A model generated the notes under the pieces. The model had not been told where the DNA came from. It made no database searches and saw only the letters and a program-made list of their open reading frames with translations. The translations under genes were made by a program, and so were the position numbers. A DNA stretch of 64,000 nucleotides from the NCBI GenBank assembly GCA_951406725.2, contig OX597833.1:8990001-9054000 (forward strand). Reading direction: 5' to 3'. Position 1 is the first letter of the stretch. Every line of letters starts with the position of its first letter. This document shows positions 1 to 13,600 of this stretch, piece by piece. This DNA is from Octopus vulgaris (lineage: Eukaryota).

Positions 1-358
1 GTCGTTGACCATTTCTCCAAGACTCTTAAGAAGAAGAATGTGAACAACAGCCAGCCTCGATGTTTCCAAGAAAACCTGGAACAGACCTGGTTTCAATGTT
101 GAGAACAGAAGAGTATGAACTTCACTCAAGGCATTTAAGGAATAGTGGTGGTCCTTAAACCAGGTGATGTGATACACCTGGCATATTTTGTGCTTGTGAT
201 TCTATATAATAACCCACTAACCCTAGAACTATATAACAAACTTCCTTCTGCCTCTAACCATAACAGATGCTTGTAGACTTTATCCAAAATTCATTTTTCT
301 TTCCTGGTCAGAATCAGTTGTGATTAAAACTGGATAAATTATTGTCTCATCCTCACAG

Positions 359-447
359 CTTTATCAGGGGCATGTCTCCGAGTTCCTGCTGCTGAAATGT
401 CCAACCTAGTTGGAAGTTCTCCGGTCGAAGAAAATGTTTCCGTGAAG
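359..447 (+). CDS. RBCK1: Probable RBCK1 linker exon ([30 protein letters not shown])
   Basis: ctcacag| acceptor, aag|gtatgt donor, open frame joining the NZF exon in phase 0; little recognisable homology. Confidence 0.6.
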
Positions 448-1602
448 GTATGTCAGTTCTTTCATTGCAACATCACTCGTTAAATGTTGTTCGATTAATT
501 TTAATTGTTATTGTAGTTGTTGTTGTTCTTCTCTTCTTCCTCCACATAATTATTATTACTGAAGACATCACACAGTATCCATTATTGTGGTGATGTAGAC
601 TGAAGATATTGGTTGTGCTGGTGATTTGTGCTGCCTGTCAAGTCACAGCAAAGGCCTCACACAGTTCCAAACGCAGTCTGCATGCAATTCCAACTTAAGC
701 CAATTTCTGCAACATATCAGGATTAAAGGGTATTTCTAAAGTGTCTGGGTATTTCTTAAGGTGGGGTGGAATTGAACCCAATGCTCCAATGACAACCAGA
801 ACAACCTTTCTGTTTGACTCTTCTACCCTAACCACGTCTTGCTGATCTCAATTCTCATCTCTCCATATTTGTTGACCTTCTCTCTTCTTCTTCTTCTTCT
901 TCTTCTTCTTCTTCTTCTTCTTCTTCTTCTTCTTCTTCTTCTTCTTCTTCTTCTTCTTCTTCTTCTTTTTCTTCTTCTTCTTCTTCTTCTTCTTCTTCTT
1001 TTTTCTTCTTCTTCTTCTTCTTCTTCTTCTTCTTCTTCTTCTTCTTCTTCTTCTTTTTCTTCTTCTTTTTCTTCTTCTTCTTCTTCTTTTCTTTTTCTTT
1101 TCTTCTTCTTTTTCTTTTTCTTCTTCTTCTTCTTCTTCTTTTCTTCTTCTTCTTTTCTTCTTCTTCTTTTTCTTCTTCTTTTTCTTCTTCTTCTTTTCTT
1201 TTTCTTCTTCTTCTTCTTCTTTTTCTTCTTCTTCTTCTTCTTCTTTTCTTTTCTTCTTCTTCTTCTTCTTCTTCTTCTTCTTCTTCTTCTTCTTCTTCTT
1301 TTTCTTCTTCTTTTTCTTCTTCTTTTCTTCTTCTTCTTCTTTTCTTTTTCTTTTTCTTCTTCTTCTTCTTCTTCTTTTCTTCTTCTTCTTCTTCTTTTCT
1401 TTTCTTCTTCTTCTTCTTCTTCTTTTTCTTCTTCTTTTTCTTCTTCTTCTTCTTTTCTTCTTCTTCTTCTTTTTCTTCTTCTTTTCTTCTTCTTTTTCTT
1501 CTTCTTCTTTTTCTTTCTTCTTCTTCTTCTTCTTCTTCTTCTTCTTCTTCTTTCTTCTTCTTCTTCTTCTTTCTTCTTCTTCTTCTTCTTCTTCTTCTTC
1601 TT

Positions 1603-1633
<31 letters not shown>

Positions 1634-3815
1634 GTGGCATTTCATGTCTTTAAGTTCTGAGTTCAAATTCTGCCAAGGTTGACTTTGCTTTTTATTCTTT
1701 TGGGGTCAATAAAATAAGTAATGGTTAAACACTGGGATCAATGAAATCGACATACCCTGTCCCCTGAAGTTGCCGGCCTTGTGCCAAAATTTGAAACCAT
1801 TATTAATTTTAACTGTTGCTGTTGTTCTTCTCTTCTTCCTCTTCTTAATAACCAGCCAAAACAATCTTTTGCACTTCTTGCAAGGATGGTAAGCCAGGAA
1901 TCATTGTCAGATAATCATTTCAGTCCCTCTTTTAACCATTCTTAATGCTCCCACCATCACTGCTATTGCAACTGCCTTCAGATGCCATATTCTCCCAATT
2001 TCAATGGGCATATCTTTATATTTGCTGATCTTATCGAATTCTTTTGCCAAAGTATTATGATCACAATAAACACTCCTGTCGATCAATAAACAATCTTTCT
2101 TTTGGTCTTTTACAACGATATCCTGTTTATCAGCTTTGATTGTTCAGTCTGTTTGTACTGGAAAGTCCCAAAGAAACCTAACATTTTCTCTCTCAGTTAC
2201 AGCCTCAGGGTGCTGCTTATACTACTCGTCGGCAGCTTTGGTTTTACAATACTGACATTAACCAGTGTAGATATTGGCCAACTCTGTCTCATCTTGATTT
2301 ATACTCCACTGGGACCAAGACTTTATATCCATAGTTTGGGTGGTCAGCTGTTTCAATCACATCATTGCAGAATTGGCATTTTGGATCTACTCTATTTTTC
2401 ATCTCATTGGCTTGGTAGTTTTGGGTCAATGACACCTTTGCTCTCTTCTGTTAACCATGAGCTTTATAGCCATTAATGGGTGTGCTTCTGGTTAACATCA
2501 GCTTGTTTACAACACGCTACATATTTGCCATGCTGACGTTTCTGCTCCCAACTACCAGCCAATTGTCTGCTTTTTTCCTTACCAGTTGCCACACTTCCCT
2601 CAGGCTGTTCAGCCTGGGTATCATGCATGAACTCAATAGCAAATGTTTTGCTCTCCTTCATGATGGAATGAAGCCTCTTACACCTCTCATGATTTTCATC
2701 AAGTTTTAACCTCTGTTTCAAGATGTTTGACCAGTAAGAGAGTTCAGACTGGATCAAATCTTGACCTCCTTCTACTCTGGGAAGGTAAAGACAATCCACA
2801 TTTACCTTTGGCTGCTGCATCTTATTACAACTCAGTAACTTGTGTATTTTTCTGTCAATTTTCTTCACTTCACTGATATTCCACTTCAACACGTAGCAAT
2901 AAGTAACAGCTGGAACTGCTAAGGAATTTATTGCTAACACCTTGTTATATGCATTCTCTCAGATTTCAGAACTGTTTGAACTCTCCCATAACATTCCTTC
3001 CTGCTCTTCTCTTTCATGTTTGCATGTTGAGTGTCGGTCTCCATTTATTCCTAGGTATTTGTACGTTTGTTCTTGCTCGAATTCTTTTGTAACTGTGTCA
3101 ACATCTGACATGACTGAATTTGTGTCTGGGGTTCCCCCTTTTTGGAAACTGGCCTTGGCACACTTATCAAGACCAATCTCCATCTTGATGTCATCACTGA
3201 ATGCTTTTACAGTATGTAAGAAGCCTTCAAGCTCATTATTGTCTTTGCAATAGAGTTTTGAGTCATCCATATAAAATAGACGACTGATTTTCTTATTGTC
3301 AATTTTATACCCATGCCCCGTTCTGTTAAGTTCACTTGTAAGGAGTATTAGAGCTGTGCAAAAAATTTGAGGTGGAAATGAGTCACCTTTGAAAATGCCT
3401 CAGTTAATGTTAATATTCTTTGAAGCAGTTCTTCAGTAGATTGACGTAACTGGAGATTTGTATTGCAAAATAGCATAAACTTCAGGAGGTTTGAAATTAC
3501 AGAAGAAATTTTCAAGATGTCAAACAATTTCAAAATCCATGAATGCAGTGTGCTGTTGAAAACCTTTTTGTATTGTTTGTGAAAGCAGCAAACTAGTAGA
3601 ATTATTAGAGCATTGGGAAAAAAAGGCTTTGCAATATTTGTTGTGACTCTTTACATTCTGAGTTCAAATCCTACAGAGGTTCCCTTTCCCTTCAATCCCA
3701 TTGGTATCAATAAATAAAGTACCAGTAAAATAATGCGGTCTGTGGTATTGACTAAACACCTCTTCGGAAATTTTTTAGCTTCTAACACATGTTGATAAAT
3801 TATCAGTATGCAAAA

Positions 3816-3855
<40 letters not shown>

Positions 3856-4846
3856 ATGTTAGTTTAGAGGGATATATTAATATATTATCATACTTCTGTA
3901 CAGAAGCCAGCTCACTAAATTTTAAAAAAAGACTAGAAAATCATTTAAATTCATTTAGAGATAGAAGTGAGATGAACAGCAGAAGCTTAAGCTGACTAAT
4001 ATGGTCATTTAAAGATAGAAACCAGAGCTTTACCACAGAATGGGAGATAACTAGCATGGCTGCTAAACTGTATGGAAAAGGGAAAAAAGGATGTGAGTTA
4101 TGTATAAAAGAACTGTACCAAATCTTTACATTGAGACACAAATTAGTTAATAGGAGGCTGGAATAGGCCTGAAGATGCTTACATAAACATAAAACCTTTA
4201 AGAAATTTAATGTATGTTCTAGATAATTCAATATCCGACCCACAGATGGGTGGGAAAGAAAGGATAGAAGCCCATGTCCCAAACTCCCCAAATACATGGC
4301 CTTTTCTTAACCAACATAATATATATTCCTTTTCCTTTCTAATTAACACCACAGCCACAAAAATATCTGAATAACTAAGAATATAACCTAGAACTGAACC
4401 ATCCTAAAATAAAATACCTAACAAAAACCCTACTTGAAAGTATAAAGTCCCCATCTCCTACAATACAGAAAGGCACCTGCCAAAGCAGCAACATAACCTC
4501 TGACCTAATTAGATATAACCCTGACTTTGGCCAGCAACTGGTGTGAAACCAAGGTCAACCACACAAGTTTACAAACAGATCAGATTTCAGATTCAAAACC
4601 CACCTCACCTCACTTCACCCCTGAACCCTAACCAATAAACAACTGACTGAATTCAATTTGCTTCAAGCCAAACTGGTTGAAAGACTCTGAATGAAGTTGC
4701 ACAGAAAATTATGCCAGGTTGCATCTACCCATACTCTGTGCAATGGAAACCTGTGTAGGTCGTCACAGCCATAAAAATATAAATTAAAAGGAAATAAGTT
4801 TTGAAGATGTACCAGCCTCCATAGTCTCTATCATTATAATTATTGT

Positions 4847-4882
<36 letters not shown>

Positions 4883-6227
4883 ATATATATGTGTGTGTTT
4901 GATTATATGCTGAGGTATCATAAAAACAATTTAATATTGAACTGAAGAATCACTCAATAGTTTTTATAGAGTTCATATCAATTGGGAGAAAGTCATGGCT
5001 CAATTGATCCATGATAGACTAGACCTGGGTAAGATGCAGTTTGGCTTTGTCCTCAGAAGTGCCACAGATGCAATTCTCCTGATGAGCCAACTGCAGGAGA
5101 ACTATTTGGCTGAGAATAAACCATTATTTCTAACTTTTGTTGACTTGGAGAAAGCATTTGACAAGGTCCCATGTTCAGTGGGCTTTGAGGAAACTATATA
5201 TTGATGGATGACTTTTGCAGGCAGTTCAAGGATCTCTGACAATATGAGGTTCTTGAAAAGAGCCACCTTCATCAGTGGAACTGAGTTTTAGAAGTGCTAT
5301 GCCTTCTGCTCTCAGAATATGGTGTTCAGACACTTAAAACTTCTTCTTTTCCTTAGAACGAATATCTTTTGCTACTTCCATTGCTTCAGCAAGGGCTCTT
5401 TTTAAATTCATATCGCATTCAGGGTCTGATATGGATCTGATCTAAACTCACTTTGAAAGGTCAATATGAATTTAAACACGATGGAATGAAGTAATTTGCA
5501 AAGAAAGGAGAAAGAAAAAATAAGAGTGTGAAAATTAATGCTTCTTACACTGAAAGTTACAAATGCTCCCCAGCACTCCTTGGTTAATTGTTAATTTAAA
5601 TACCAGCAAAATCCTGGGGGTCACTATAACCAGCAATACTTTCTATTGCTTTCTTCACCTTTCCATAACCTGTGTCTTTTACAAATCTTCTTTTTTCCTT
5701 CCTGCATTCCAATGACTTTGTCTTCCTTTCTACCTCCACAGCCTGGTTGGAAATGTAGCAAATGCACATACGACAACCTTCCCATGCGTCCTGGTTGTGA
5801 GATGTGCACTGAACCACGCCCTGTTGACTATGAGGTTCCAGACAACTATTCTATGAGTTCTGTGGAGAAATACTGGAAGAAACAAGAGGAAGATGCAGAA
5901 CAGGTGCAAAGAGAGGTACGGCTTTCTCGTTAACAATTTCATCTTGTTGCCCTTGTATAAACATTACAGATTATATTTTAATTATATAAACTATTCTATA
6001 ATTAGTGTAAGCAAAACTAAACTAGTGATATGTTTATGAGTGGGTGTGTACTAGCACAAACACCCTATATTTTGGTAGCATGTATGTATATGTATATGTG
6101 TGTGTGTGTGTGCAACAGCATATTTTTTAACATGATCCCACAAAGGGGCAACTTGGGCCAGTGTTTCCTAATAACCTCAGCTTCACCAATGCCTTGTTAG
6201 AGAAATTTGGTTGATTGAAAATCTGTG

Positions 6228-6267
<40 letters not shown>

Positions 6268-6859
6268 AACTCTTAGAAACCAATATGTTATCTAAATTCT
6301 CATTTTTATAGAATTTTCCATGATGTTTCATAAGTGTAACATTACCCCCTTTGATGTTTGGGAATCTCTGATGTTTTTTCGGCTGATGAGTACGAGCCAC
6401 CTATATTTACTGCAATTTTTGTAGCGTTATTAAAGATGTCTTCGTACGAAACAATTGTACCGATATATTGATCCATTCTTGTTGCTTTTTTCCTATTTGT
6501 AATCACCCCATTTTGTCGTATGGTTAACACCATATAGATTTCCGGTGCATCCTAGTTAAGGACCATATTCATGTGAATTCATTAGAACTCACTTGAATCT
6601 CAATTACTTAAACCGTATATATATATATATATATATGATAATAATAATAATAATAATATTAGGGTGTATAACTCCAAACTTACAGGGAAAAATTCAATTT
6701 AGTATTAAATCAAATTTCACAATATAAATATATAATGTATATAATTTAGAGAAAAACCACTATTATGCAATTCAAACAAGGATAGACATAAACCAAATCA
6801 TAAATAAAAAATAAAATATATGTATGTATTTATTTATATATATATGTATGTATTTATAA

Positions 6860-6908
<49 letters not shown>

Positions 6909-8248
6909 ATTAGGTGTGTATATGTGTGTATATATATGTAATTATGTATGTGTGTATATATGTATATATATATACATATATATATATCATCATCATCATC
7001 ATTTAACGTCCTCTTTCCATGCTGGCATGGGTTGGACGATTTGACTGAGAACTGGCGAACCAGATGGCTGCACCAGACTCCAATCTGATCTGGCAGAGTT
7101 TCTACAGCTGGATGCCCTTCCTAATGCCAACCACTCAGAGAGTGTAGTGGGTGCTTTTATGTTCCACCTGCAAAGGAGACAGTCCAGTGGCACTGGCAAC
7201 GACCTCACTTGAATGTTTTTTCACAAGTGCCAGTAAGGTGACACTGATAACAACCACGCTCGAATGGCGCTTTTTACTTGCCACCGGCATGGAAGCCAGT
7301 CAGCTGCTCTCGCAATGGTCATGCTCTTAGTGCTCCACTAGCACGGATGCCAGTCATCGAATTTGATTTTGATTTCACTTGCCTCAACAGGTCTTCGCAA
7401 GCAGAGTTTAGTGTCCAATGAAGGAAAGGCATGCATAAGTGGACTGGTTACACCCCTGGCATAGGCCATGAGGTTATGGTCTCACTTGGGCTTGCCGAGT
7501 CTTCTCAATCACAGCATATTTCCAAAGGTCCCAGTCACTAGTCATTGCCTCAGTGAGGCCCAATGTTCGAAGGTCATGCGTCACCACCTCATCCCAGGTC
7601 TTCTTGTGTCTACCTCTTCCACAGGTTCCCTCAACCGCTAGAGTGTGGCACTTTTTCATACAGCTATCCTCATCCATTCTCACCACATGACCATACCAGC
7701 ACAGTCATCTCTCTTGCACACCACAACTGATGCTTCTTAGGTCCAACTTTTCTCTCAAGGTACTTACACTCTGTCAAGTATGCACACGGACATTACACAT
7801 CCAGTCGAGCATACTGGCTGTCTGTAATTATGTATGTATATGTGTGTGTATATCTTTATATATAAAAGTGAGGTTGTGTGCTGTCTGTCTCCTCCGATTT
7901 AGATTCCTAACTATTCCCACATTTTGCGGTGCAGTTTAACCAAAACCGGGTATCTTATAGTCGTGATTCATATCGAGCCCTTCTGGGTATTAGCGTGCGT
8001 CTACAATGAGTCTACGATTTTAAAAAAAATTTACCTTCAATTTTTCCCATTTTTAATGCATTTTTGGCATATATAAGGGAAGTAACTCTCTAAAAATGTA
8101 TTATTAAATCTCAGAACGTAAAAAGCTACAGTAACACCCCACCCCTTGTGGTTAGCCATATTGAGATGGCTATTATACTTTACATCTCTAAAAATGCTTA
8201 TATAATTATTTCCCTTACAAACCCAAGCAACGCTGGGCGATAATGCTA

Positions 8249-8296
<48 letters not shown>

Positions 8297-8315
8297 AATT
8301 GTGTGTATATACGTA

Positions 8316-8368
<53 letters not shown>

Positions 8369-9084
8369 GCACTTTATATTTAATACATACAAGCGAATTT
8401 TAATTCTTACACTAACACAACTCCCTTTTATGTAGCTCTTTTCCCTCTCTTTAAGCATTTCTACCCCTTTAATACCTATTTTACGTTACATTCCAGCAGC
8501 CCTTTATATCCCCTACTTTAACCTCATTCGCATGTAGAACATTTTGTTTTAAATATAGACCCCACTCAGTATTATTTCTAACCGTCAGCTCATATCCTAA
8601 TTCAGATATTGTTCTACTTTTCCTTTGGACATTTCTATACAACTTTCTTTACAGACACGGCTTTTTTGGAGTTAGAAATACTTGTCTCCTTCCTCTGATA
8701 TTGAGGGAACATCTCATAAAACCTTTACAATTTTCAAATAGCCATCAGTTGCCTTAGTTTTGGTTTATACCTAATCAGACTCATGTTTCTTCTTTCTTTC
8801 TCATAAGGATTAATGTGAATATCTGAAATTATACTCTGCTGTTCCCTTTATCAAGTCCTTTGGAATAATTTTTGGTTTATACTTCTTGGACTGAAGAGAA
8901 CAGTGATATATAATTAATTTAATTAAATAAATTTAATTTCTTTTCAACCATGATTTTGCATGATTTTTATATCATTATTCAAAATGATTGTCTGCATGAA
9001 TTAAAATTCTCTTTAGCATCTCTTCTCCATTTTTAACAAATTTGTTGAGTTCTATGGTATTCTTTTCCATAAACTCACATAACA

Positions 9085-9115
<31 letters not shown>

Positions 9116-9262
9116 ATGTGTGTATATATATTTCTCTCCTTGTTTCTTTCTGTGTCCCTTTCTGTAGAAGAGCATAGGCTCGAAACATAAAAAACTTTTT
9201 CAATTCCCAAGCGTTAAACTAATACATCTGTTTGTTTTCTACACCACCTGTCTTCGTCTTTT

Positions 9263-9297
<35 letters not shown>

Positions 9298-10014
9298 TAT
9301 AGATATAAATATATAGGGAGAATTTACGAAAAAAACAAAAGATGAAGACAGGTGGTGTACAAAACAAACAGATGTATTAGTATAATGCTCAGGAATAGAA
9401 AAAGTCTTTTACGTTTCGAGCCTACGCTCTTCTACAGAAAGGGACACAAAAAAAACAAGGAGAGAAAAAAATGTGTGTAGTGGCTAACGATCTATCATGG
9501 CGTCTGACTCGGACATATATATATATATATAATTATGTGTGTATAAGTGTATACATTTGTATGTGGATATATATCTATGTGCTTGCATATATGAGTGTGT
9601 GTGTGTTTGCATATGTGTATATCTTTCTCTTTCCTTCCCTAGAGCTATTTCTGATGCTCCTGGTTAATAGCCAAATATAAATTCTTGATCAAAATGTATT
9701 TTTTCTCCTTTTTCCTAAAAACATTTTCTCTGTTGGATGAATTTCCAATCGTTAATTCCTTTCATGCTGATACAATATGCAAATCTTTGTGATTCTTATT
9801 AGCAAATGAAACCTTTGTGATGGAGAATAAATAACACCAAAAAATCTCCATTTTCCTGTTCTGTAATGCAAAACATGCAAATAATATTTCCATATTTCTC
9901 AATCTTAACATCTAAACATACAGCAACAACTATGGATGCTTATTGATTATAATAATAGCATAAGCAGATGTCCTTCAAGAAGAAACAGCTGCAATTTACC
10001 CTGACTACCTATAT

Positions 10015-10072
<58 letters not shown>

Positions 10073-10603
10073 TGAGAGAGAGAGAGAGAGAGAGAGAAAA
10101 AAAATTTGAATGGAGATAAAGCTCCAGTATGGAGTACAACTGTTTTTTCGCTTGGATACGGAGCTAAAGATTAATAAAATTCGGTATAAGATAAAAATTT
10201 CAGATACTTGTCTTAAACATTCAGACAAGCAAATTCATAATTCAGATGTATGACATGAGATATTATTTCATCCAAATAACCACAAATTTATATTAAGACA
10301 TAGAATTTGGATTATTTCCTACAGCCCCTGAAAACTTTTCTGAAATGACCATAGGTTTGGTCTGATCCTTTCAATTGCCTCCTTTAATCTATTCTAACTA
10401 TATTTTCTACTTTCATGTTACTCCTTATATTTTTTATGTTTATATCCTTGTATTTCTATATTCTTATAATCTATGTCTTAATATAAATTTGTGGTTATTT
10501 GAAAGGAATAATATCTCATGTCATACATCTGAATTATAAATTTGCATGTCTGAATGTTTAAGGCAAGTATCTGAAATTATAATCTTATACCAAATTTTAT
10601 ATA

Positions 10604-10639
<36 letters not shown>

Positions 10640-13600
10640 TGTATGTATGTCAATCAATATATATGATAGAAAATTCAACAAAAAAAAAAGTGCTCCATCT
10701 AGAGAGAGATAAATATTATTTCTTTAAAGGCCAGAATACATGTATTTAAGTGCTACTAATAGTTTCATATGTTGAGAAATACTCAAACATATTCTTCAGG
10801 CACAAACCACAACAAACTAAAAAAATTGAATAATAGAAGAAACGCGAAAAAACTGAGAAGGCAGCAAATAGAAAAAGCAGTAAGTGAAAACGGAAAACAA
10901 AAATGCAAAAACTGAAATGTAAAACATAAAAAGTAAAACGGTAAAAGAGCTGTCATCCTGAGACCTTAAATGACAATGCTGGAAAGATATCAACAAGTCA
11001 GTCAGGAATAAGCAAAATCTTCCAATTCTTCAAAATATATTTTTTACATGTACTTGCAACCACTGAAAATTTATGACCTAGAGTTCAGTAGAGAGTTAGG
11101 GACCTTAGATCTGAACAGGATCTGTTCTCTTTCAGTTAAACAAATCCTACATTCATTTGATCCATTCACAAAAGGTGTGGATTTCTCATTTACTTTGCAT
11201 TTAATCACATGTGGTGTTTTGTTATCTTTCAAATTCCATACATAGCTAGCCAACTTAGTAGCTTTACTTTTGCCCTTATGTCGGAAGGGGGCTATGTAAT
11301 TGCCAGAGCGATTTTTCAAGTCACTTGCACATAAATGTCTTTCTAGCAGCCAGGATTATGTCTACATGAGATGCAGAAATGGTTGTATAGTTTTGGGTAA
11401 ACGATAATGCTTCACTCAGTAATTCAGGTGTTATTGAAGCGTAATAATCTGAAATATCACATATATATCATACTTTTGAAAGTATTTGTAGCAGTCATTC
11501 CCACAATCCCACAATCCTTTGCTATTTTGTGACTCTCCAGACCAATGGATTGGTGGAACTCTTAGAGAGTCATGCGAGATATCTTCCGGTATCTAACCCA
11601 GCTCCTTGCATGCTGAAAACAATTCCTGTGATGAGCGCCAAGCTGTATTGGCCTAAGTTATTAGCCTTTCTCTTGGATAAATGCCAAGGACACAAAGAGT
11701 AGAGACATCTGGCCTGCCTGTCTTCCTCAACAAATATTGCCCAAATCTGATCAGCCTCGACCGACAGAAGCCCTTCATTGTCGTTTTCTGTAGTTGGTGT
11801 TTATCTGGGTATCTTACCACTCATAAAACAACTTTCAATTTCTGAGGGAAAGAGAAGCAGAGCTTTTAAGACTTTGGCAAAATCAGCTGAGAATTATTTG
11901 AACTGGATCTGGTGAAGGGGCAATGTTAGTGAACTTGAGAAGGCATAGTGTCTCCTCTATCCATCTAGTGTACCAGCATCCAAAGTACATTTGGCTTTGG
12001 GGTACCTTGACCACCTTGGAAGATGAAGATTATTATGCAGAAAGTAGCATAGAATATGGCAGCAGAGGGGTTTCTAGGAGTCATGACCTGGATGTGTCCT
12101 GGTTCCCTTATCTTGTAGTATTGTGACACACAGTGCACTGAGATCAAATGATGCTGGGGTCAACTTCATCTATTGTTCTTCAGGAATCAATAAAAAAGGG
12201 TCCAATCTAGTGTGGTGGATTAGACTTCTATGGGGGTTCAACTTAATCTGTCGCCTTGGAAGTCTTTTCAGTTGCAAACTTTCAGGTTAGTTTTCCAGTT
12301 AAAGGATACTTTCGTCCTTTTTCCCCATCAGTGCCAGAAGCCCCTATAAAGGGTCAGAGGCAGTGATTAAAAAATACAAAAAGAGACTGAATATGAAAAA
12401 GAGTCAAAAAAATATTGAGGACTTGAAAGAAATATATTTCTACCAAAATGGTAAATTTATGAAACAATTAGATTTGGAGAAAAGGAATTTAGAATTTTGA
12501 AGCAACTGAAGACTGTTGTGACCATTTCATGAAAAGACTTGATTAAAGAAAAGACCGGAGAACACCTGCTACACAGAAAGTATCAGAGGATTATCATCAT
12601 CATCATCATCATCATTTAGCGTCCGCTTTCCATGCTAGCATGGGTTGGACGGTTCAACTGGGGTCTGGGAAGCCAGAAGGCTGCACCAGGCCCAGTCTGA
12701 TCTGGCAGTGTTTCTACGGCTGGATGCCCTTCCTAATGCCAACCACTCCATGAGTGTAGGGGAGATCAAAATATTTGAAGATGGTTGAAGTTTTAGAGAA
12801 ATGCTTTTTTTTTCTTAACTAACCATATCCTCTTTATGGCCAACTAAACTTGATCCCTTGTTCTTTTACAAACTCTTTCCAACCATTTCTTATTGTCTTC
12901 ATTTTTTACTTTCATATTCAGCTTTGGGGTCATGTTTTTCATTTTCCTCATCTGTTCAACTCTGGTTAATTCCTGTTAGCAAAATGTTTTCTCCAAGAGC
13001 TTATGACACTTTTGTTTTTGCAGTCATCTCTCAAATCCCATCTCATCCCCATAAACTACAATTCCTTTTTTTCTCTCTCGTTTCTTCATTTCCTAATATT
13101 AATCTCCACTGGGAACTTAATCTGATGTTTTCTCCTAAAGCTAAGACACTTTTGTCTTTTTAATTATATCCGCTTCTTTCCTCCTGCTGACAAAAAGAAA
13201 AAAAAGCAGTTGGCAGCATCATTAGGACATCAGGTAAAATGCTCAGCAGCATTTTGTCTGCCTGTAGGTTCTTGGTTCAAATTCCATCGAGGTTAGCTTC
13301 GCCTTTCATCCTTTAAGGGTCAATAAAATAATAAGTATCAGTTGAGTACTGGGGCTGATGCAATCAATTATGCCTCCTCATCCAATTCCTGGCCTTGTGC
13401 CTAAACTGGAAAGGATTATTGTTGTTGTTGTTATTATGAGAAAGTTTAAGGTGGTGAGCTAACAAAATTGTTGGAACATTGGGAAAGTGCCTTGAACTCG
13501 TCCATCCAGTTCTGAGTTCAAATTGTGTCAAAGTCAGCTTTGCATTTCATCCTTTTAGTGTTGATAAAATAAAGAAGCAGCTAAGAGCCTGGCATTGATG

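Noticed and set aside
839-1660. 273-aa and 261-aa poly-L/S/F and poly-R/K/E ORFs
   Set aside because: They are translations of the stop-free CTT microsatellite.
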